Shown: positions 41,208 to 52,444 of the stretch, piece after piece
Layout: every line of letters begins with the position of its first letter
Position numbering within the stretch: the first letter of the stretch is position 1
NCBI RefSeq assembly: GCF_006345805.1
Contig: NC_043020.1
Location: 23,312,001-23,376,000 of the forward strand
DNA from: Octopus sinensis
Lineage: Eukaryota
Length of the DNA: 64,000 bases
Reading direction: 5' to 3'
Translations under genes and position numbers: made by a program
The notes under the pieces: model-generated
What the model was told of the DNA's origin: nothing
Database searches by the model: none
The model's input: the letters and a program-made list of their open reading frames with translations, nothing else

Positions 41208-41362
41208 TAAGTTTAATTTGTCAAAATATTTTCGTCGCTTTAAGACCGCGACCTGTTCACTGACAAAAATCCGTGCTGAACAGGTCGCAGTCTTAAAACG
41301 ACGAACATATTTTGACAAATTAAACTTAAATGTTGACTTGAATAGAACGGCTTTTGTGTGTA
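41208..41362. mobile_element. Fold-back element (~52-bp arms) with degenerate hammerhead scaffold
   Basis: 41208-41259 pairs with 41277-41328; minus strand GTCA-GTGAACA-G-GTCGC...GCGAC-GAAA-ATAT-TT-TGAC. Confidence 0.7.
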
Positions 41363-42075
41363 TAATATATATAATATATATATTTTTTAAATATCATTTT
41401 TAGGAATACGAAGTGTCAATGTCTAGTATTTACCCAGGGGTATAATGATATAAACCGAACTGAATACGGTACAAATATGATGAGATTTTTCGATGACCTA
41501 GATTTAAGTTATTCCGGAGTGAGATATGCAGTGTAGGATGCAGAATTATAATATGATATGTAAATAAGCATTATAGGAATGTATTATTGTAATGATATAA
41601 TTTAAATTCAATTCAGTAGAATAATGATTTTAATTTTAATTACATATGTGTTGGCATTAATGTTTTCTGCAGGTAATAGCGTAAGAATATTATTGGTGAT
41701 AATTAAGATAATGCATTTTTTAGATATGAGCCGTATTACAGAACTAGAGATTCTTGTGTACAGGTAATGTGAAAAAAGTATGTTAGGTGCTAATGTAATT
41801 ATAGAATTATAATTTAGATGTAAGTTATCTATGTAATGAATTAATAATGAGATAATTTATAATTCATATTATGTATTAATGGCAAATATTTAATCATATG
41901 TGGTACGTGTAATGTATGTGTATGTATGTACTAATGAGATTTAGTACAGATAATGTAATAATGTAAAAGGTGAGATGGTGTCGTTGATCCTCGTTTGGAT
42001 TTTATTGCAGATGAAAAAGTGAAGTGAAACATTACTGTTAAGATAAATAAAACTAACCATATTCCATTTAGTTAT

Positions 42076-42493
42076 TCTTTACTCTTTTTACTCTTTTACT
42101 TGTTTCAGTCATTTGACTGCGGCCATGCTGGAGCACCGCCTTTAGTCGATCGAGCAAATCGACCCCGGGACTTATTCTTTGTAAGCCTAGTACTTATTCT
42201 ATCGGTCTCTTTTGCCGAACCGCTAAGTGACGGGGACGTAAACACACCAGCATCGGTTGTCAAGCAATGCTAGGGGGACAAACACAGACACACAAACACA
42301 CACACGCATATATATATATATATATATACATATATACGACGGGCTTCTTTCAGTTTCCGTCTACCAAATCCACTCACAAGGCATTGGTCGGTCCGGGGCT
42401 ATAGCAGAAGACACTTGCCCAAGATGCCACGCAGTAGGACTGAACCCGGGACCATGTGGTTGGTTAGCAAGCTACTTGCCACTCCTGCGCCTA
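42076..42493 (-). mobile_element. SINE group A, full length
   Basis: Reverse complement of group A. Confidence 0.88.
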
Positions 42494-42611
42494 TTATTAG
42501 GTACGTCCATTAACGAATAAATGTGAATATGATACTCGTAACGTCTTGTTTCTATGACACAAAGAACAAAGACGCATACACATGTGTACATACATAGCCT
42601 CAGGAACGGTT

Positions 42612-42723
42612 ATAGCCGCAGGAGTGGCTGCGTGGTAAGTAGATTGCTTACCAACCACATGGCCCCGTGTTCAGTCCCACTGCGTAGCACCTTGTGCAAG
42701 TTTCTTCAACTATAGCCTCGATC

Positions 42724-42763
<40 letters not shown>

Positions 42764-42966
42764 TGTGTGTGTGTGTGTGTGCGTGTGTGTGTGTGTGTGG
42801 TTGTGTGTGTTTGCGTGTTTATCCCCCACCATCGCTTGGCAACCAATGTTGGTGTGTTTACGTCCCCATAACCTAGCGTTTTAGCAAAAGAGACCGATAT
42901 AATAAGTACCAGGGTTACAAAGAATAAGTCCTGGGTCGATTTGTTCGACTAAAGGCGGTGCTCCAG
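42612..42966 (+). mobile_element. SINE group A with internal deletion
   Basis: Head and tail present; segment missing after TATAGCCTCG. Confidence 0.8.
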
Positions 42967-43209
42967 TATATACATATAGGCACATGTACGTGGGTGTGCG
43001 GGCGCACAAGTGTATGTATGTACATGCGCGCATACGTGATTGCTATGAACATTTTTACTCCCTTACCTTCACTTCCTCCCCTTACGTAGCATCATTCTAA
43101 TAGCTCTGTTGTCTTAATAACAGTCAATCACAGTAATTTCCCTTTGTTTAACGGTTATCTTCATAGCAATTTTTCGATGGCCCGATAACGGAAGAGATGC
43201 CGGCGTGGG

Positions 43210-43269
<60 letters not shown>

Positions 43270-43519
43270 GTATATATATATATGCAGAATATCGCGGAAT
43301 TAAGACAATCAATGTTCCGAGCTTTAATAAACATTAATGATAAATATAAGATAGGACAATTACACATTTCAGGCTAAATATATTGAGATTTATAAAGTAG
43401 ATAGTGACTACAGACAGAAATACAATAATACCCTTCACAGAGGCGGCGAAAGTAATATGGCTACAGTAGGAAAAAGCTTAAAATTAACAGATCAGTCAGG
43501 AAAATTATCAAGAAATTTC

Positions 43520-44125
43520 AAAATACTGGTTCGACCTGTCTGTAGCCGAAAAGGAACTGTTCGGATACTTCATTTTATCAGAAGTATCAGAGTAAAGATA
43601 TGAAAGAGTCTTTGTCGTTCCATTAAAAATCTGGCTGCCACAGTAAAAATAAGTCGAACATCGATGTACTGAGTGCTGAAGGATGATCTCAGATCCCATC
43701 CCCGACAAGATGATTCGTCGTCATGAGTTCGCGCGAGTTTATAAGGTCATGAGGCAGGGGAGAAGTCGTCTTGACCTGCGTCAGATTGTTGAAGGCACGC
43801 TGCCCAGCCTGGTGTTCACTAGTGAAAAAGAATTAGACAACGGACTCAGTAAACCACCAGAGTGGCCGACTTTGGATTGTATCTGGTTTCGTCGAGGGCA
43901 GGCTCGTAAATCGTCAAAATCCACCGTCAGTTATGGTTTGGACGGCTGTGACAGCCACTGGAAGGTCCCCCCTTTGTTTGTGTATCTTCGGGTGTTAAAG
44001 TTAGCACACAGCGATACATTAGTGACATTCTGGAATCTAAACTACTTCCATGGACGAATGAGCACTATCAAGGCACCATCCTGCAGCTCCAAAGAGACAC
44101 AACACTGGATTCAAAAAAACATTCC
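43520..44125 (+). pseudogene. Tc1/mariner transposase fragment (DD37D/maT-like by motif resemblance)
   Basis: Frameshifted reading DDLRSHP.KMIRRHE, GTLPSLVFTSEK, VNHQSGRLW, QNPPSVMVWTAVTATGRSPL, RYISDILESKLLPW, TQHWIQKNIPS; second catalytic Asp region deleted. Confidence 0.65.
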
Positions 44126-44128
44126 GTC

Positions 44129-44213
<85 letters not shown>

Positions 44214-44415
44214 TGAAATGGAGGTAAACGCAGGTGTTGTTCAAATCTTTGTACTCCCGACATATGTTTCAAAAAAATATTGGAATTATTCCTGAGAGAA
44301 TAAAATGAAGTGAAACAATGTAATCATCTCATCATGGAAAAAGGAGAAGCAAAACACATCTATAAGCCCTTTTAACCGAATGTCATTACTGCGTATACGA
44401 TAATTTTATATATAA

Positions 44416-44449
<34 letters not shown>

Positions 44450-44456
<7 letters not shown>

Positions 44457-44850
44457 TATTAGAGACAAAACCACTATTTTGCAAAACAAACAAGGAAAGA
44501 CTTAATCAATACATAAAATTTTAATAAATAGTCAAAAAAACCGCCACTACAATTGTTTCTTGTCTTGATCGACAATCTTCAGGTGGACTTCCAATAAGTC
44601 AGTTTCATAATTTGAAACTGACTTATTGGAAGTCCACCTGAAGATTGTCGATCAAGACAAGAAACAATTGTAGTGGCGGTTTTTTTGACTATTTATTAAA
44701 ATTTTATGTATTGATTAAGTCTTTCCTTGTTTGTTTTGCAAAATAGTGGTTTTGTCTCTAATAATATTTTATAATATTTTACTATAAAATTGGATTTAAT
44801 CCTAAATCTGATTTTTTCCCTGTAAATTTGGATTTATTCCCTAATATTTA
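44450..44850. mobile_element. Near-perfect ~320-bp palindrome with hammerheads on both strands
   Basis: 44450-44606 is the reverse complement of 44614-44770; HHR at 44634-44676 (+) and 44544-44586 (-); right arm ~80 bp longer. Confidence 0.9.
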
Positions 44851-44851
44851 T

Positions 44852-44937
<86 letters not shown>

Positions 44938-44944
44938 GTATATA

Positions 44945-45449
44945 TAATCAAAAGGGTAATAATATAGATTACTACCAGTGGCCCAGCACAAAGGACGAAT
45001 TAGTCATTAGACAAATATTATTCATGTAGAAAAATATTATTCATGTAGAAATATAATTAAGAGCTCCTAAATAAAGATGCCAAGTGCTAGGGACACAAAA
45101 AAAGGATAAATTTATCGAGAGTGAAAATCAAAACCATTTACCATTAACGATACATCCCGGACTGATATCAGTTTCTTCCTCTTTCTAGCAAAACAGACAG
45201 AATATGTTTGCTAAGGCCGGTTTCATCAGCGAGACACATAAGTTAAATCGAGATGCGCAGCGCGTTTGACCATTTGTTGATCTCAACAACTTGCAGATCT
45301 TAACTTTTCAAATCTCTGCGCAGATGCAAAATCTACCCGGCGATGTATTGTTATTGGTAAATGTTTTTGATTTTCACTCTCGATAAATTGATCCCTCTTT
45401 TGTGTCCCTAGCACTTGGCATCCTTATTTAGGAGCCCTTAATTATATTT
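44945..45449. mobile_element. Asymmetric fold-back with a hammerhead motif in the spacer (45155-45234, -)
   Basis: Arms 45049-45160 and 45337-45449; TCTCG-CTGATGA-...-GAAAC-TGATATCA-GTC-CGGGA. Confidence 0.75.
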
Positions 45450-46020
45450 ATATATGTATATATATGTATGTGTGTGTGTGTGTGTATGCAAGCATGTATA
45501 TATGTATGCATGCATGTATGTATGTATGCATGTATTGTGTGTGCATGTATATGCCTGTGTATGTATGCATATTTATGTGTATGCATGCCTATACGTTTGA
45601 ATGTATGTATGTATTCTGCATATTCGTGTGTTTGGGTGTTCATGTTTGTGTGGTTGTAAATGCATGTTTTATATAAACAAAAAATATACTTCTTTCATTC
45701 GGTTTTCATCAAAGAGTGTCAATAGAATGATGGGATGGGCTCAATTTTAAAGGACACGCACATAAATAGGATGATTGTATTTATGATGATTTTGTGTTGA
45801 CTAACAAATATTTATAAATGCAGTTCTTTTAGCATTATTGTATAAGATCTTATAGCTTCACTTCTTGATGTCTTCTTTTATTGATGTTGCATGTCTTGGC
45901 TTCATTTATCCCACATGCATGCAATATGTATACTTAAGTATATACACTACAGGAATATATGATACAATGATATCAAATCAATCTACAGCATGCTATCTTA
46001 AAGATAGCATGTTTGCACTA

Positions 46021-46067
<47 letters not shown>

Positions 46068-47056
46068 TGCCTATGTATGTATATATATTTGCAAAAAATA
46101 GAGGTTTCCTTGGGTTTTTCTGAAAGATATCAATGCGTCGTTCGAGGCAGCGTGTGAAAATTTAGATAAATATTTATTTGATAGAAAAATTATAAAAGAT
46201 TTTATAACTCTAAATAGCTACTCGAATCCAACATTAATCCCTAACGCAAAATAAACTTCATTAAATATTAATCTAAATGTGTAGCCATGAATACCGATAT
46301 CGGGCTTATTTTTGTGTTTTTGTTTTAAATTTAACGCTATGTGACATTTTCTGTGGTAGCATGCTTAACTGCATCAGCGAACTTAAAGCAACCAATGAAA
46401 CTAATTTGATTGATGATGTTCGTTGACATTTAAAGGGTGTTTACAGTCATTGCTACCAGAAAAGAAATGTTATTAAGTTGTACCTCTAACATCCCTACTC
46501 TTGTTTTACCGCCTACAATAATCAGATAACGCAGGTTCTAAAAGTAATCTTCACTTTCCTCTTTTTAAGCCAACAAGTAGTTAATAGCCATGCATTGTCC
46601 TCCCTAATTAGAAATGTAATTAATATATTTTCTGGTTCTAACTCCATTAACAACGAAATTATACTGGTAATATTTATAGTTCTTTGTTTTGTCAATAATC
46701 ACATTTTTCAGAGAAAATTTATTTCTCTTTCTTTAACAATGGGAAACTCTACCACACTTTGGCCTGGAAACGCCTGCAACAGCCTAAAAACCAAGAAGCA
46801 CAATTGGATAGTATTTTGTTCGATACAAAGATCCTAGCTTTTCAAAAGTTTTCTTGGCAGGACATTTTAAATCTGAAATATCTAAATATCAGTTTAAGAA
46901 ATATATAAACGATAATTCTTGTTTTTATTTTGCTTCAAGAGTGCCCAGTAGTAGATTTGTTAAGCACTACGTTTGTATGTGTGTATGTGTGTGTGCCAAT
47001 ATGCGTCCCCACACATACACACACACGCATATATACATAGATACATATTTACATGC

Positions 47057-47092
<36 letters not shown>

Positions 47093-47096
<4 letters not shown>

Positions 47097-48250
47097 AGTA
47101 CTTGGAGAAGAAGAACGAAACGAAACGAACGAATCGAATCTAATCGACGCGACGGTGCTCAGTCATACAATAGTGTAATAAATAAAATACATGCATACAT
47201 ACATACATACATATATGTACGTACCTACATCTACATGTATATATACATGCATATATAAATATATATACGTGAGTACAGGACACCACAAATAGACGTAGAA
47301 CTCAACGAGAAACGAAAACGGAAAAACAAGCATGGAACAGACCATTTTTTTACAACGAAAAGCAAGAGTGCAAGACAAACTACACAAGGAAAAATCCCCT
47401 TCATCAGCTGTCCCTAGTTCAACTCCAGCGTGTTTCGAAGGTAGGACAGAACACGACTCATCGAACTAGCCCTTCCTGCGAAGAAATTAAATAAAATTAC
47501 TTCGCAGAGGGGTAAGAACAAAGAAAGAAAAAAATGTAACAAATACGGGACGTAAAAACGATACAAATGAAAATACAAAATAAAATACAAAATAAAATAC
47601 AAAATAAAAATACAATTACAGAAAAATTACAATACGAGAAATAAAAACAAAACAAGAAAACAAACGAAAAGGGCCTTTTTTTACCTAGACGAGGAAGATT
47701 CTGGAGAGCGCAAGGAAAACCGTGTGTTTACAGTTAGAAGGCCGCGTGTAAAAGGAAGAGTTGGCTGGCTGTGAGAGAGATGAGGGGGAGTGAGAGGGAG
47801 AGAAAGAGATGGAAGAAGACAAGCGGCTGAGAGAGAGATGAGGAGGGGTGAGAGAGAGAGAGAGAGAGATAGGGAAAGAAGGGAAGGTAAAGCAAAGAGG
47901 TAAGAGTTTCGCGTCATAATTATATATAAAAACAGTACTTGGAGAAGAAGAACGAAACGAACGAATCGAATCTAATCGACGCGAGGGCGCTCACTCATAC
48001 AATAGTGTAATAAATAAAATACATGCATACATACATACATATATGTACGTACCTACATCTACATGTATATATACATGCATATATAAATATATATACGTGA
48101 GTACAGGACACCACAAATAGAACCCAACGAGAAACGAAAACGGAAAAACAAGCATGGAACAGACCATTTTTTTACAACGAAAAATAGAGTACAAGATAAA
48201 CTACACAAGGAAAAATCCCCTTCATCAGCTGTCCCTAGTTCAACTCCAGC
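47093..48250 (-). repeat. Two ~330-bp direct repeats (47093-47430, 47930-48250) with a 500-bp spacer
   Basis: Near-identical copies; each carries GGGACAGCTGATGAAGGGG on the minus strand. Confidence 0.85.
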
Positions 48251-48879
48251 ATATATATGCACTCATTCTTCTCCCCTCTTTAATTCCTTCTTTCTCTCTC
48301 TTCTCCCCCCCCCTTGTTGCTTTCGTTCCTCTTTTTCTCTCTCTCTTTGTTTCCTTTGCCCCCTTTCTTTTCTCTCTCTTCTCTCGCGTGACCGCTGGTC
48401 AAACTAGCCTTTTGGCCTCGGACCACTGCCGTGAGAACATCGCTGTCTTCGTCTGCCGATAAAGGCATTTTTCCAAAATACGCCAGCTAAACAAAGTTGT
48501 ACTGTTTATTAGTCGTAAAACACCCACTGTTTTTGACCTGTTTTTACCATTATTGCTTTTTGTATTTTATATTCGTGTGGCATCGTCCGTTTTTCTCTCC
48601 CTGTTTCGTATATATTCGATCCTTCTTCCAAGAAATCTAATGCTCGTAGCTTAGCTTTTCCTTGGGGCTGGCCGGATCGGAGCGATCTCAAGATTAATCA
48701 GCCGAAATTGCTAGGATGATCCGGTTCTTGACTGAAGATTGAAGGCTTCGAATCTCCCGTCCGTGTTTTTTGTATCGTCTTCTAAATGTTTTACGTTCTT
48801 GTCCCAGTTTGTATTTTTCTACATATAATATACATATACATATATACATATATACATATATATATACATACACACATAT

Positions 48880-49052
48880 AGCCACTACACACATTGTTTT
48901 ATCTCCTTGATTTATCTGTGTCCCTTTCTGTAGAAGAGCGTAGGCTCGAAACGTAAAAGACTTTTCTATTCCTGAGCGTTATACTAATACATCTGTTTGT
49001 TTTGTACACCACCTGTCTTCGTCTTTTGGTTTTGTTTTCGTATACTCTCCCT
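48880..49052 (+). mobile_element. Repeat family D with variant hammerhead (48924-48959)
   Basis: CTTT-CTGTAGA-A-GAGC gtag GCTC-GAAAC-GTA-AAAG. Confidence 0.7.
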
Positions 49053-49084
49053 ATATATATATATATATATTATATATATATATA

Positions 49085-49245
49085 ATATTAAATTAGAGAT
49101 AAAACCACTATTAGGCAAATCAAACAATGAAAAACTTAAGCCAATACATAAAATAATTAATTTATATTATTTTAAATATATATCAAAAGTATTAAAAGTT
49201 TAATAAAAGATAATGAGTAAAACACTACGATCATTTCATGGCTGT
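49085..49245 (-). mobile_element. Degenerate single arm of the 44.5/51.9-kb palindrome family
   Basis: TTAGAGATAAAACCACTATT...CACTACGATCATTTC matches the arm, with GAAATGATCGTAGTG remnant. Confidence 0.65.
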
Positions 49246-49262
49246 CCAATTCGTAATAATAT

Positions 49263-49296
<34 letters not shown>

Positions 49297-49329
49297 CATA
49301 CACACACAAACACATATTTATATACATAT

Positions 49330-49886
49330 ATATATGAGAAGAAAAGAGTTCTAAGAGAAGAATTCAATCTTTTTGGGGGATCCAAAAAGGGAGTAAAAAT
49401 GATTTCTAATAAAGATTAATTATATTCATAAAAACCAGCGTGAGCAAGTAATAAGAATATGAAAATAATATTTGAGGAGTTTCGTTATAGGTATAAAAGT
49501 GTACCATAAACAAGTATGAAAAATGGAGAAAAATTGTAGAATCAGAAATAGATTTATTACAAAACTGGTTTCAATGCATAAGTACGTTTCGAAAAACAAT
49601 GCAAATGTGTCAGAAAAAACTTTTAATCATAGTAATTATATTTAAATTTATGCATTGTCATTCTCATCAGTGTGAGGAATCTCTTGAAGAACACCAATAA
49701 AGTTTAATAAAATGAAATAGAATAAAATAAAATAAAAACTAAAATAAAATAAGATACAATAAGAGAACACAGATGGGGCAGTAAGGGAAAATCGGATAAT
49801 TTAGAAACCAATTTGTGAAAGGACAAAATAACGATAACAACAACAACAACGACGACAACAACAACATCAACAACAACAAAAACAAC

Positions 49887-49945
<59 letters not shown>

Positions 49946-50950
49946 TAATAATAATAATTATAATAATTATAATAATAATAGGGAGAGAGACGAAAAAGAA
50001 AGACATATCAATGTGTATGCTAGTCTATATGTGCAGTAAAACTATAACATAAGAATCTAACGGATATGCTTTAAAGAACAGTAACAAGTCAAGACGAAAT
50101 ACAATCTAAACAAGGCCACGTGTGTCTAGTATAGTGCAACGTAACACTTTCTCAAGTAGAAAAATCCATAGAGAGTTTTACGCATACATGATAGTATTGA
50201 AAAACGAAAAAACTATATGTGTATATATGTATATGACCAGAAGCTGAGAAACAAGGCAATGCTTGAGAATGATTTGATATATAAGTATAGGAGCACTCCG
50301 TCGGTTACGACGACGAGGGTCCCAGCTGATACGATCAACGGAACAGCCTGCACGTGGAATTAACGTACAAGTGGCTGAGCAATCCACAGACACGAGTACC
50401 CTTAACGTAGTTTTCAGGGAGATTCAGCGTGACACAGAGTGTGACATGGCTGGCCCCTTGAAATACAGGCACAGCTCATTTTTGCCAGTTGAGTGGATTG
50501 GAGCAACGTTAAATAAAGTGTCTTGCTCAAGGACACAACGCATCGCCGGGAATCGAACTCACGACCTTACAATCGTCAGTCGAATGCCCTAACCACTAAG
50601 CCACGTACCTTCACAATATATAAGTAGAAAATGTGTATGCAGGCAGAGAGAAAAAATAAAAAAGATTTTTTCGAAGGTTTTTGATCCTTGTCTCTCTTTG
50701 AAAAAAATCTCATATTAATCTTCATGTTTCTTCAAGAGATTCCTCACACTGATGAGAATGACGAAGCATAAATTTAATACTAATTACTATGATTAATTTT
50801 TTTTTCTGACACATTTGCATTGTTTTTCGAAACGTACGTATGCAATGAATCCAGTTTTGTAATAAATCTATTTCTGATTCTCCATTTTCTCCATTTTTTA
50901 TACTTCTTTATGGTACACTTTTATACCTATAACGAAACTCCTCAAATATA
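49330..50950. mobile_element. Split fold-back: arms 49468-49692 and 50726-50950, ~1-kb spacer
   Basis: Arms are reverse complements; CTGATGA (50749-50755)...GAAAC-GTAC-GTA (50829-50840). Confidence 0.75.
50289..50614 (-). mobile_element. SINE group C (C2 + T1)
   Basis: Similar to 219-531. Confidence 0.85.
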
Positions 50951-50974
50951 TATATATATATATACACACACACT

Positions 50975-51034
<60 letters not shown>

Positions 51035-51212
51035 ATTATTATTTGAGGGAATATTATTTCCACCAAATATATACGTTTTTATTATTATTTTGCAATTTAC
51101 TTAATCATCGGTATATTATTGTTATTTTAATTTTAATAATTCTATTATGTGTAATTTTCTAGGTGGTGCAATTTAATTGTTCATTTTGAATTGATAAAGG
51201 GTGTTTTTTCTA

Positions 51213-51257
<45 letters not shown>

Positions 51258-51264
51258 CGTGTGT

Positions 51265-51302
<38 letters not shown>

Positions 51303-51322
51303 TGTGTGTGTGTGTCTGTGTC

Positions 51323-51628
51323 TGTGGAGGCGCAATGGCCAAGTGGTAGGGCAGCGGACTCGCGGTCGCAGGATCGCGGTTTCGACTCCCAGACCGGGCG
51401 TTGTGAGTGTTTATTGAGCGAAAACACCTAGAAAGCTCCACGACGCTCCAGCAGGGGATGGTGATCCCTGCTTTACTCCTTCACCACTCTTTCTCTCACT
51501 CTTTCTTCTGTTGGCCTGCTCGCTTAGCCAGCGGGGTGGCGTCATTCGAAAGCTAAAACAATGCGAACGCATTGTGACAAGCGATTTGTAACATCTGAAG
51601 GTCTGGTCGGTTACGTGATCACGTGATT
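51323..51628 (+). mobile_element. SINE group C (C1 + T3)
   Basis: tRNA-like head GGCGCAATGGCCAAGTGG...GTTTCGACTCCC. Confidence 0.85.
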
Positions 51629-51677
51629 ACGTTATATATAATATATATATATATATATTATATATATATATATATAT

Positions 51678-51720
<43 letters not shown>

Positions 51721-51722
<2 letters not shown>

Positions 51723-52152
51723 TTAGGGACTAAATCCAAATTTACAGGGAAAAATCAGATTTAGGATTGAATCCAATTTTATAGTAAAATATAATATAAT
51801 ATTAATTAGAGACAAAACCACTATTATGCAAATCAAACAAAGAAAGACTTAATCCAATACATAAAAAAATTTTATATAAATTAAATATAATTAAGATATC
51901 CACTACGATCGGTTCTTGTCATTTCTATGGACATTCATCAGGTTGTTTCAAGACCTTCTATGCAATTTTGAACTATGACATCATAGTTCAAAATTGCATA
52001 GAAGGTCTTGAAACCACCTGATGAATGTCCATAGAAGTGACAAGAAACGATCGTAGTGGATATCTTAATTATATTTAATTTATATAAAAAATTTTATGTA
52101 TTGGATTAAGTCTTTCTTTGTTTGATTTGCATAATAGTGGTTTTGTCTCTAA

Positions 52153-52162
<10 letters not shown>
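51721..52162. mobile_element. ~365-bp palindrome with hammerhead, same family as 44450-44850
   Basis: Centre 51979-51980; HHR CCAC-CTGATGA-ATGTC..GACAA-GAAAC-GATC-GTA-GTGG at 52014-52059; left arm ~75 bp longer. Confidence 0.9.
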
Positions 52163-52193
<31 letters not shown>

Positions 52194-52444
52194 GTGGAGT
52201 AGATAGATGAAACAGGGACAACTGAAGAAGGGGAATATTGTTTATGTAGTATATTTCGTTACTCTGTTTTTTTTTTCGTTGTTCGAAAAAAGTTCGTTTC
52301 TAAGCTTTTGTTTTTATGTTTTCGTTTCTCATTGTGTTCAACGTTTTTTTATGTCCTGTACCCATGTATGCATGTATATATACATTTATATGTAGATATG
52401 TCCATATATATATATATATATATATATTTATATGGATATATTTA

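Noticed and set aside
43683-44162. 159-aa ORF as a novel protein
   Set aside because: It is a frameshifted Tc1/mariner transposase remnant; the later part is out of frame.
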